A DNA stretch of 34,209 nucleotides from a virus (lineage: Duplodnaviria; Caudoviricetes). The position numbers and the translations under genes were made by a program. Shown in pieces: positions 1 to 7,546 of this stretch. The notes under the pieces are model-generated. The model worked only from the letters and a program-made list of their open reading frames with translations, had not been told where the DNA came from and made no database searches. The stretch lies in IMG/VR virus record IMGVR_UViG_3300025769_000422, positions 1-34,209 of that record, one strand, 5' to 3'. Within the stretch, counting starts at the first letter, position 1, and every line of letters begins with the position of its first letter.

Positions 1-2
1 AT

Positions 3-536
3 CCGGCACCTGATGGTCGTTGCCGTGCAGTTCCGCCGAACACCGATGGAACTTTCGATGGTGAAACGATAACTGTGCAGTGTTATCCCAGCGGATTGTG
101 CTCTTACGTCACAGAAATGAACGACCCAATAGATTTGTGCTGTGATGAATTGATTGCGGATCCCGATGATGTACCGCGTCAAGAAGGTCACAAAACTGAC
201 GCAGAGCAGGTCAGTCCTGACACGTACGGAGATCCAGTTAAAGCATTTTCGATCGACAAAATGACGCAACCGGGGTCGTTCGATTTAACTGCTGCTCCCG
301 GAACCTACGGGTTTATGTTGCCTCTGAAGAGCGGTCAGTTTGATCCAGACATCAACGAGGAAACGAATTGGGGTATCGTGCAATGGCAAAGGACGTTGAT
401 TAAGGCGTCAATTCCAACCGCGATTCAATGCTGTCCCACGAGTGGTGGCGGAACAGAAAACAAAATCACAGCGTGGACCGACATGATCGTAGAAGGGCTG
501 TACTGCGGCGGTCAAACTGACCCTTGCGAGGTGTAA
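3..536 (+). CDS. Cys-rich hypothetical protein, probably virion/tail-associated (5'-truncated by window edge)
   Basis: The frame of the 75..536 ORF stays open back to the window edge (PAPDGRCRAVPPNTDGTFDGETITVQC...). It has several CC pairs, and its stop overlaps the next ATG (TAATG). Confidence 0.7.
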   Translation, partial: PAPDGRCRAVPPNTDGTFDGETITVQCYPSGLCSYVTEMNDPIDLCCDELIADPDDVPRQEGHKTDAEQVSPDTYGDPVKAFSIDKMTQPGSFDLTAAPGTYGFMLPLKSGQFDPDINEETNWGIVQWQRTLIKASIPTAIQCCPTSGGGTENKITAWTDMIVEGLYCGGQTDPCEV

Positions 537-1117
537 TGATGCCAGTCATTGGCCCTCCGACGTTCATTCAACAACAAGGCGACTACAAACTCGGCCAGTA
601 TGAAGGCAAGTTTTTGTCGACTGACGGTCTTGTCGGACGCGATGGTTACAGGCTAAACACGAACTGCTGCTGCGTCGGCACACCACCATCGGGGCAAATC
701 GTCTGTTGCGACGATTGGCAGGCTGAGCTTGCATCGCTCGGTATTGACCTCGAATGGATCATTGGCACGCCATGCGGCGGCGGCACGCTCACATGGGATC
801 AATTTGGCACTGAATGGAACGGAACAATTGTCTGTGAATGCGAGGGCGGTTTTCCAGTCACAATTGATTTGCGAATCCGCTGTGAACTCAATGAGGACGC
901 TGGAGTCGAGCAATATCGTTTATATGTTAGCTGCAACAATCCCAACCCGCCGGGTGGCTTTGAATCATGGGACGGTTTCCCGCTGACTCAAAGCGAGTGC
1001 CCAACAAACGACAATGGACTGTCGTCTGTACAGGCGACATGGGGCGTGCCAGCCATCTGCTGCGTAGAATTTTCACAAGCGGGCTGGGGCGGTAATCTCA
1101 AGGCAGAAACACCCTGA
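536..1117 (+). CDS. Cys-rich hypothetical protein (NCCC, VCC, CEC, ICC motifs)
   Basis: GAGG precedes ATG536, which is coupled to the upstream TAA. It has 13 Cys and is coupled to the next gene by TGATG. Confidence 0.75.
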   Translation: MMPVIGPPTFIQQQGDYKLGQYEGKFLSTDGLVGRDGYRLNTNCCCVGTPPSGQIVCCDDWQAELASLGIDLEWIIGTPCGGGTLTWDQFGTEWNGTIVCECEGGFPVTIDLRIRCELNEDAGVEQYRLYVSCNNPNPPGGFESWDGFPLTQSECPTNDNGLSSVQATWGVPAICCVEFSQAGWGGNLKAETP

Positions 1118-1359
1118 TGCCAGTCATTAGAGCTAATCGACAACCTAAGCCAAGGCGAGCACGACCGGCGAGTAAACCGTGCGTTTATCGCAGCGAACAA
1201 AGTACTGGAACAGTCGGTTGCAAAACATGCGGTGGCAATGTGCAACGCACACTATATTGGTGCGCATTGCACAAATTAGATGTGATGACTCATCCATACA
1301 GTTCCGCGCACAAGGCGTGTTCTAAGTGCGCTGACTACACGGCGAGGACCGATGACTAA
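1117..1359 (+). CDS. Small Cys-rich, probably Zn-binding protein
   Basis: Motifs CKTC, WCALH and CSKC. Translationally coupled on both sides. Confidence 0.7.
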   Translation: MPVIRANRQPKPRRARPASKPCVYRSEQSTGTVGCKTCGGNVQRTLYWCALHKLDVMTHPYSSAHKACSKCADYTARTDD

Positions 1360-1849
1360 ACAAACATCTGCCGCGCTAAAAACTCAAGTATCGACTCTGC
1401 TGCAAGACGGTGGGGTGTCAGGGACGGGCATTCCGGCATCAGATCACCGCACGACAGAAAACGACACGCACGACAGTGTGCTCAATCATTTAGACTTGAC
1501 CAATGCAGCGACATACGACGGTCAGCCGTTAACGTGTAACACAGTCACAGGTCTCGTCGAACCGGGGGACATCGCGTCTGCAACGCACACAGTGTCCACA
1601 ACGAGTACGTTGACCGCGGCTGGATTTTACGAGGCGTCTGCTGCTGCTGGATCAATAACCGTTTCGCTGCCCGCTTCTCCAGCGGAGGGCGATACGTTTG
1701 AAATAGCTCGGGTCGACACAACGGTAAACACGCTATTGATCGACGGAAACGGCAACACAATCAACGGTAGTTCTCAGCAGCCGTTGATTTCATACGACTG
1801 CCTTAAAGTCAGATTCTCAACAAACCAAACGCGGTGGATCGTCATATGA
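1352..1849 (+). CDS. Putative tail fibre / virion structural protein
   Basis: The C-terminal 'ITVSLPASPAEGDTFEI...LLIDGNGNTING...W' is a beta-rich module typical of phage fibre proteins. GAGG RBS present. Confidence 0.6.
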   Translation: MTKQTSAALKTQVSTLLQDGGVSGTGIPASDHRTTENDTHDSVLNHLDLTNAATYDGQPLTCNTVTGLVEPGDIASATHTVSTTSTLTAAGFYEASAAAGSITVSLPASPAEGDTFEIARVDTTVNTLLIDGNGNTINGSSQQPLISYDCLKVRFSTNQTRWIVI

Positions 1850-2610
1850 CAATTTGGAGACCGCTTGACGGGGTACTGATTTCGTCAGGACAAATCCCCG
1901 GTTTCTTGGCTGTGAACAAATTTGGCCGCAACAGTAATGTTGGAACCTCTGCGGACGAAGATGTGTGGGACGGAGGCGGAACATGGTCTGCACCTACGAG
2001 TGCTCAGACTCATGACATCGTTAGTACAGACGCATCTGACGATTCGTTAGGTGGCACCGGCGCGCAGACGATTATGATTTTTGGTCTGACAGATTGGACC
2101 AGCGGCGAGGTCGCTGAGATTGTCTCGCTCTCTGGGACGACGCCAGTCACCACAAGCAACAACTATGTAATCATCCATCGGATGAAAGTATTAACTTCCG
2201 GATCTGGCCGCACGAATGCAGGCGACATCACAGCGACGGCGTCGTTTGATTCGACAGTGACCGCACAAATTACAGCCGGAAAAGCGCAAACGCTCATGGC
2301 GATTTATGGACTGCCAAGCGAGTCGCAGCTTGTGCTGACTGACATCTATGTCTCGATGACGAAGAAATCGACGACCGGATCGATCGATGCCGAGCTGTTC
2401 GTGACGAGCAATCCGGACGATTTCGATCCAGTGTACCGATCCCTGTCGCGGTTCGGTCTGTCAACATCAGGAACTTCTAGTCAAACAGTGCCGTACACTA
2501 CTCCGCATCCAATTGCTGGCCCGGCAATTGTAAAGATCAGGGCGCTCGACGCGAGCGTCAACAACCTCGACATTGTCGCCGGATTCAATGGTGTGCTGAT
2601 CGACGGGTAA
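1846..2610 (+). CDS. Conserved-type phage structural hypothetical protein (Thr/Ser/Gly-rich)
   Basis: ATGA overlap at 1846-1849. The 'VNKFGRN...EDVWDGGG...SDDSLGGTGAQT...LSGTTPVT' pattern recalls phage virion hypotheticals. Confidence 0.7.
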   Translation: MTIWRPLDGVLISSGQIPGFLAVNKFGRNSNVGTSADEDVWDGGGTWSAPTSAQTHDIVSTDASDDSLGGTGAQTIMIFGLTDWTSGEVAEIVSLSGTTPVTTSNNYVIIHRMKVLTSGSGRTNAGDITATASFDSTVTAQITAGKAQTLMAIYGLPSESQLVLTDIYVSMTKKSTTGSIDAELFVTSNPDDFDPVYRSLSRFGLSTSGTSSQTVPYTTPHPIAGPAIVKIRALDASVNNLDIVAGFNGVLIDG

Positions 2611-2630
2611 GTGTTCGGGGCCGGACTGTC

Positions 2631-2659
2631 TAAAAGGTCAGAAAGGTAGCTACCTTTTA
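2631..2659. promoter_or_regulatory. Palindromic operator-like site upstream of the AlpA-like gene
   Basis: Perfect 16-bp palindrome AAAGGTAGCTACCTTT (2642-2657), plus an extra TAAAAGGT half-site at 2631-2638, in the intergenic gap. Confidence 0.45.
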
Positions 2660-2759
2660 AGGACCGGGACTGACTGTTTCTTCGATTGGCATCACTAGAC
2701 TTTGAGCATTAGGCACTCACTGGGAGTGTCAGCAGCCGAATCTGCTCGAAGGAAGTGAC

Positions 2760-2987
2760 ATGTTTGTAACAGGGAATGAAGTCGCCCCACCATCAGCGAG
2801 ATTGCTTGATAAGTCGGATCTCGCAGTACTGCTGGGATGTTCAAAACGCCACATCGACCGACTCGTCGACAGCGGACAGCTACCAACTCCTGTGAAGCTC
2901 GGAGCGTTGGTTCGTTGGCCATCAAATGTGGTCCAGAACTGGATCGATGCCGGATGTCCCCCTCGTACGAAGGGGACGGGCCGATGA
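2760..2987 (+). CDS. AlpA/excisionase-family HTH DNA-binding protein
   Basis: Typical AlpA/Xis signature 'LLDKSDLAVLLGCSKRHIDRLVDSGQLPTPVKLGALVRWPSNVVQNWIDAGCP'. RBS AAGGAAG. Confidence 0.9.
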   Translation: MFVTGNEVAPPSARLLDKSDLAVLLGCSKRHIDRLVDSGQLPTPVKLGALVRWPSNVVQNWIDAGCPPRTKGTGR

Positions 2988-3139
2988 GAATACTGTCGAC
3001 GGATTCGTATGGAGTCGTACTTGGTCTCTGGCCCAATGGCTGCTCGCTCGCAGCGCTTGAGCCGAGATCTTGCGAAGGTGCGTACAGGGCGAGTTTCTTT
3101 ATGGACTGTGTCAGACGGCTCATTTGGGGTAAAATCTGA
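2984..3139 (+). CDS. Small hypothetical protein (51 aa)
   Basis: ATGA overlap with the AlpA stop; MRILSTDSYG...RLIWGKI. Confidence 0.45.
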   Translation: MRILSTDSYGVVLGLWPNGCSLAALEPRSCEGAYRASFFMDCVRRLIWGKI

Positions 3140-3292
3140 GGCCGAAGAAAAACGAGCGGTTGCATTACTGCAATAAGATTACTACAGTCCATCGAACATC
3201 CTTACACCGCATGATGCGGTCGTTGGTTCGCAGTCCTGACGGAATCCCTGTCGCCAAACAAGAGAAGACCGGCAGTGCTGCATTCAAACAAT

Positions 3293-3336
3293 AAAGGCCG
3301 TCACCGTTTCCAGCGGTGGCGGCCTTTGTTTTTTTT
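3293..3336 (+). terminator. Rho-independent terminator
   Basis: Stem-loop AAAGGCCGTCACCG-tttccag-CGGTGGCGGCCTTT followed by G and T8. Confidence 0.9.
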
Positions 3337-3367
3337 CACAAACTTCCGACTCATACGACCCTATCTG

Positions 3368-3395
3368 TTGCGTCATACGGCCACATGGCGATAAT
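3368..3395 (+). promoter_or_regulatory. Possible sigma70-type promoter for the early genes
   Basis: TTGCGT-N16-GATAAT lies just after the terminator. TCATACG occurs twice (3351, 3373). Confidence 0.35.
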
Positions 3396-3454
3396 GGTTA
3401 GTAGAGGAGAGGCAAAACGAGGCAACGATTGAAGGGGCAAAGCGAGGAGGTGCT

Positions 3455-3694
3455 GTGATGCGACGGTGCGGACTCTGCGGATCGACGAAGCGATACCGCC
3501 CGCAAAATTTGTGTGCAGGGTGCGGTGCGACAATTCCGGAGGCCATGGCTGCACCGAGGAAGATAACAGGCATTACGCCGCCGAAAGGTGACCGAGACCA
3601 GATCTTAAACAGAGAGCAGAACTGCGTTCCGGATCTGGTGTTCTCGGACTGGCAATATACCCACAGCTGGGATGTGGCCAGCGGGCAACGATAG
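3455..3694 (+). CDS. Zn-ribbon hypothetical protein
   Basis: Strong RBS GAGGAGG; CGLC...CAGC motif. Confidence 0.7.
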   Translation: MMRRCGLCGSTKRYRPQNLCAGCGATIPEAMAAPRKITGITPPKGDRDQILNREQNCVPDLVFSDWQYTHSWDVASGQR

Positions 3695-3703
3695 GAGACT
3701 GCG

Positions 3704-4150
3704 ATGAAAGTCAGGATTAACAGCTTCACGTCCTCGTGTATCGAGAATGTCGACAAGTGCATTTTCAGCCGAGAGCTCATCCACACCGCTATGGAGAACC
3801 TGGACGCCGGCCCAGAGACAGACGACCGCGGCCGGAGGTTGCGGATCAAGGTGACGATCGACACGATCGCTCTGACGCCAGTCGAAGACGTGGAGTCGAT
3901 CACGGTCAAGAACAACAGCCTGCACACTGGTCACTGGATGATCACGAAACGAGACTGGTCCGAGGGGGTGGAGGGGCTCGAGCGAGTCTGGCGGGTGCGT
4001 GTCTGCGAACTCCGCAGCGGCAAGCAGTTCGGGCCAGACGCCTGCGCGGTGTTCACCGACAAGAGCGAAGCGATGAAGTACAGAAAGCAGCGGGTGCGAA
4101 CGATCACCAACAGGTTGACCAAAAAGTACGGGCGGCGGCAAGTACCTTGA
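3704..4150 (+). CDS. Hypothetical protein
   Basis: AGGAG RBS; fills the gap between neighbours; protein-like composition. Confidence 0.7.
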   Translation: MKVRINSFTSSCIENVDKCIFSRELIHTAMENLDAGPETDDRGRRLRIKVTIDTIALTPVEDVESITVKNNSLHTGHWMITKRDWSEGVEGLERVWRVRVCELRSGKQFGPDACAVFTDKSEAMKYRKQRVRTITNRLTKKYGRRQVP

Positions 4151-4175
4151 GAACCAGGCACAAGGAAACCAAGCA

Positions 4176-4409
4176 GTGAACAACACGGCCAAGAGCCTTC
4201 ACGATCAGTGTCCATTTTGTGAGTCCAAACGTCGACTGATCATCCGCCAGCGAGCTTACTGCGGTGGTTGCGGATCTGACGGCGCGATGATGGACGACAG
4301 GCGGCGAAAGCTGGCGGCCGAACGAAAGCTGCACACTGGGTACTACGGAAACCGGCGCAGCAGCTACCGAGTGGTCAGGGGGCTGGGCCTTGTGGGAGAC
4401 GACCGATGA
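4176..4409 (+). CDS. Zn-finger protein, Lar (restriction alleviation)-like CPFC...CxxC
   Basis: AAGGA RBS with GTG start; CPFCES...YCGGCG; ATGA overlap downstream. Confidence 0.6.
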   Translation: MNNTAKSLHDQCPFCESKRRLIIRQRAYCGGCGSDGAMMDDRRRKLAAERKLHTGYYGNRRSSYRVVRGLGLVGDDR

Positions 4410-4651
4410 CGCCGATCTGGAAACGATGCCCGTTCTGTGACGACTACACCTGCACGATTCACGCTGGCGAGCACGCTCACGAGTGCCCGTGTCCGACGAT
4501 CGACGAATGGGTGGCATTGGGCGGCGATCCATACACCATCGATGCCGACCGGGTGAAGCTGGATCGGGTGCCGGCGACAGTTCTTGACGATCTGGCCACG
4601 TATCAGCGGGTCATGCGGGCGGTGAGCTCCGGAGACGCTTACGTCACATAG
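4406..4651 (+). CDS. Cys/His-rich hypothetical protein
   Basis: CPFCDDYTCTIHAGEHAHECPCP; GGGAG RBS; ATGA coupling. Confidence 0.7.
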   Translation: MTPIWKRCPFCDDYTCTIHAGEHAHECPCPTIDEWVALGGDPYTIDADRVKLDRVPATVLDDLATYQRVMRAVSSGDAYVT

Positions 4652-4660
4652 CAAACAAGG

Positions 4661-4689
4661 TTGCAGGCGGCAGTCTCGTCGCCTATCAT
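4661..4689 (+). promoter_or_regulatory. Sigma70-type promoter upstream of the csrA-recombination-replication genes
   Basis: TTGCAG (4661-4666), a 17-nt spacer, then TATCAT (4684-4689), in an intergenic gap. Confidence 0.55.
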
Positions 4690-4726
4690 GCGACCGTATC
4701 ACGCCAACTATGGAGAGGAGCGAGAC

Positions 4727-4960
4727 ATGACGCGACTGGTGCTGCATAGGCATGCCGGTGAGGAGATATGTATCGGAAACTTAGTGACGATACACGTGCA
4801 ACAGATCGCGCGTAGCGGCGTCAAGCTGGTGATCGAGGCACCCAGGGAAGTTCAAATTCTGAGAGGAGAACTGCGTGATGAAAGTAACGGGGACGCTGGT
4901 TTGCGAAGCGAATACGGAACAGTGGAAGCAATATCGAAAGACCGGGATCGGAGCGAGTGA
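4727..4960 (+). CDS. csrA: Carbon storage regulator CsrA/RsmA-family RNA-binding protein
   Basis: 'LVLHRHAGEEICIGNLVTIHVQQIARSGVKLVIEAPREVQILRGEL' matches the CsrA fold consensus. RBS GGAGAGGAG precedes ATG4727. Confidence 0.88.
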   Translation: MTRLVLHRHAGEEICIGNLVTIHVQQIARSGVKLVIEAPREVQILRGELRDESNGDAGLRSEYGTVEAISKDRDRSE

Positions 4961-5810
4961 GGCGGCAGCGGCGCTCGGTGTTTCGCCATGGTCGACCGCA
5001 CTGGAGATCTACCATGTGAAACGGGGCGAGCTTCCCGAGTTCGATGGCAACGTGGCGACCCGCTGGGGCCAGCTGCTCGAGCCGGCGGTGTTGCAGCTGT
5101 TTACGGACGAAACCGGGATTCAAATTACTGGATACTGTCCGGGGCTGTTTCGTCATGACCAGCATCATTTTATGCTGGCCACACCGGACGCGATTGCTGG
5201 TGACGGCGTGGGAGTCGAGACCAAGACGACCATGAGCCGCACAGAAATGGGCGAGAACGGGTCCGATGAGGCTCCGATCAGTTGGTGGTTGCAGGCTCAG
5301 CAACAGATTGCGGTCTGTGGCTTCCAGACGGTGTATATCGCCGCGGCCATACTGGACACTCGCCAGCTGAAGTGGTTCCAGATCGACCGAGACGACGAAA
5401 TCATCAGCCATCTGGTGAGTGCCGAGCGTATTCTGTGGGACCAGATCCAGCAGGGCACACCGCCCGAGCCCGACTGGGAGCACGAATCTACCGCCAAGCT
5501 GCTCCGAAGTCGCTTCCCAGACTTCGACGCCACGGCCGAGCGGAAGCTGACAACCAACGCGCAAGCCGCATGGGAGCAGGCGGAGCGACTTGGGGAACGT
5601 ATCAAGCAGATGGAGACCCAGCGGAAGCTGCTTCAGGGTCACGCCATCAAAGAGCTCGATGACGCTGCCTACGGAGTGTTTCCGGACGGTGAGCGAATGC
5701 TGAGGCGGAAAACCATCGCCGCCAGTGAATCGATGGTCAAGAGGAAGGAACGCATCGACATCCGGTGCGTGAAAGTACCCAAGGCGAAAAAGAAGGGATC
5801 TGCGAAGTGA
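4875..5810 (+). CDS. YqaJ-family viral recombination exonuclease
   Basis: Motifs 'W...RKTGIGASEAAAALGVSPW', 'GQLLEP', 'ATPDA', 'VETKT' and 'QAQQQ'. Confidence 0.93.
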   Translation: MMKVTGTLVCEANTEQWKQYRKTGIGASEAAAALGVSPWSTALEIYHVKRGELPEFDGNVATRWGQLLEPAVLQLFTDETGIQITGYCPGLFRHDQHHFMLATPDAIAGDGVGVETKTTMSRTEMGENGSDEAPISWWLQAQQQIAVCGFQTVYIAAAILDTRQLKWFQIDRDDEIISHLVSAERILWDQIQQGTPPEPDWEHESTAKLLRSRFPDFDATAERKLTTNAQAAWEQAERLGERIKQMETQRKLLQGHAIKELDDAAYGVFPDGERMLRRKTIAASESMVKRKERIDIRCVKVPKAKKKGSAK

Positions 5811-7030
5811 TGAACAACCAAGCCCTGATTCCCGGCCAGAGCGCCGGGACCGTGTCAGCCGTACAGGCTGATTCCGAGGTGGCTCGAGCCGCGGCCGAAG
5901 TGCAGAGCCGAATTATTGTGGCCCGCCAGTTTCCGCGGGACATGACCGAGGTGACCTCGAACATCCGCACGGCCTGCCAGCGGCAACGTCTGGCGGAGCT
6001 CGCGATTTACCAGTACCGGAAAGGAGGTGCAGTGGTCGAAGGCCCGTCTATTCGACTGGCTGAGATGATCGCCCGCGAAATGGGCAACATTCAGTTTGGG
6101 CGGCGGGAGCTCAGCACCAACAATCGGGAAACCAAGGTGCAGGTGTTCGCGTACGACCTCGAGCGAAACACGTCCGAGGTGATCGAATTCACCGTGCGGC
6201 ATGAGATGAAGGCCCGCGGCCAGAGGAGGGTGCTGGAAGACCCACGGGAGATCTACGAACACGTTGCCAACCAGTCGGCCCGGCGGATGCGTGCCGCTCT
6301 GCTGGCTGTCATCCCGGGTGACGTGGTCGACATGGCGCTCGACGAGATCAACAAGACGCTGTCGAGGCAGGACGGCGGGAAACCGCTGACTGACCAGATT
6401 CGGGAGATGGTGTTCTATTTCCGAGATCTGGGCGTCACCGCGGAGATGATCGAGGGCCGTGTTGGTCATTCGATCGACAGTCTGAGCCATTACGAAGTGG
6501 CTCAGCTCCGCAAGATCTTCGCCAGCCTGCGGGACGAGGCGTCGTCTGTCAGCGACTGGTTCGAGCAGTCAGCGCCGGCCGACAGCGTGAAGAACGCAGC
6601 TCGCGATGCGGTGAAAAAGAGGATGGCCGAGAAGAAGTCGGCGACCCAGGCTCCAGCCGAGGAGCCTCCAGCGGCCGATGACAAGCCGAAGCCGAAGCGG
6701 AAACGGGCTTCAAGGAAGAAAGCGACGGTCAAGACGCCAGAAACGGCCCCAGAATCGCCACCAGAGCCAGAGCCGCCGGAAGTTCCGACAGACGCACCTG
6801 ACGCAGACTCAGAGCCTGCGGCGGTTGATCTGTTCGGTGAACCGACCGCAGCTGGTCAGGAAAACACTGAAGCCTATTGGGTGCGACAGGTATCGTTGTG
6901 CGAATCGGTGCAGACGGTCGATTCGATGATGGCGTTCGCGATGGAGGACGAGGCTGACGATATTCTCAGCGCCGTCCAGCTGGCCAACGTGATCGATGCC
7001 GCCAACAAGCGCAAGGCGGAGCTATCCTAA
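5810..7030 (+). CDS. Putative single-strand annealing / recombination partner of YqaJ
   Basis: Directly coupled to YqaJ. The N-terminal 'ARQFPRD...YRKGG...GPSIRLAE...YDLERN' family pattern is followed by an acidic, Pro-rich tail. Function is inferred from position. Confidence 0.6.
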   Translation: MNNQALIPGQSAGTVSAVQADSEVARAAAEVQSRIIVARQFPRDMTEVTSNIRTACQRQRLAELAIYQYRKGGAVVEGPSIRLAEMIAREMGNIQFGRRELSTNNRETKVQVFAYDLERNTSEVIEFTVRHEMKARGQRRVLEDPREIYEHVANQSARRMRAALLAVIPGDVVDMALDEINKTLSRQDGGKPLTDQIREMVFYFRDLGVTAEMIEGRVGHSIDSLSHYEVAQLRKIFASLRDEASSVSDWFEQSAPADSVKNAARDAVKKRMAEKKSATQAPAEEPPAADDKPKPKRKRASRKKATVKTPETAPESPPEPEPPEVPTDAPDADSEPAAVDLFGEPTAAGQENTEAYWVRQVSLCESVQTVDSMMAFAMEDEADDILSAVQLANVIDAANKRKAELS

Positions 7031-7263
7031 TGACGAGACCGGTGCGAGTGTTCCTGACTCGCCCGGTGCAGACGCTAGGCGGGACCGTGCCAGTCACGGC
7101 CCGTCTGGTGCTGCACTCACAGTGTGGGAAAGGGGCTGTTAATTTGGCATTCGTCAATTGCCCAGACCGGATTGCTATCAGCGGATTGCGTGATGGCTTC
7201 CGACTGCGCAGGAGAAAGCACAACGATGACTCCCACTGTAGCACTGACGCATCACGTAGTTGA
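7030..7263 (+). CDS. Hypothetical protein (weak CsrA-like C-terminal pattern)
   Basis: TAATG coupling to the upstream gene; 'GAVNLAFVNCPDRIAI'. Confidence 0.45.
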   Translation: MTRPVRVFLTRPVQTLGGTVPVTARLVLHSQCGKGAVNLAFVNCPDRIAISGLRDGFRLRRRKHNDDSHCSTDASRS

Positions 7264-7546
7264 GCGATTAAAAATGCGGTTTGGGCAATTGACGGGCGAG
7301 CTACTAAGCCTTGCGCACGAGCGGTTAGAGCACGGCCTATGGTCGCCTCGTGGAAAGTACCGACAGGTGGACCTTCCGTTCCACGGCGGCCATGCTCGAG
7401 TCGTGTACGATGCGAGCGGCAGCGTGCTGATTACCGCCTGTTGGACTGACTCACGTAGCAAGTGGACCACTGATCAGCTGCATAGGTTTCTGATTGACAG
7501 CGAACTGACAGCCGGAAAAAAGGAGACTGCAAGTGTCATGGATTAA
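7226..7546 (+). CDS. Hypothetical protein, possible RelE/BECR-like (DUF4258-type) fold
   Basis: AGGAG upstream of ATG7226; pattern 'THHVVERLKMR...RVVYD...VLITA'. Confidence 0.5.
   Translation: MTPTVALTHHVVERLKMRFGQLTGELLSLAHERLEHGLWSPRGKYRQVDLPFHGGHARVVYDASGSVLITACWTDSRSKWTTDQLHRFLIDSELTAGKKETASVMD

Noticed and set aside
3200-3250. tRNA gene suggested by GGTTCGCAGTCC
   Set aside because: No convincing acceptor stem, D-arm or 7-nt anticodon loop could be built. Kept only as part of the candidate structured RNA.
2611-3455. Integrase, attP or CI repressor near the AlpA/Xis gene
   Set aside because: No recombinase or repressor ORF is present on either strand, so a temperate lifestyle cannot be established from this window.
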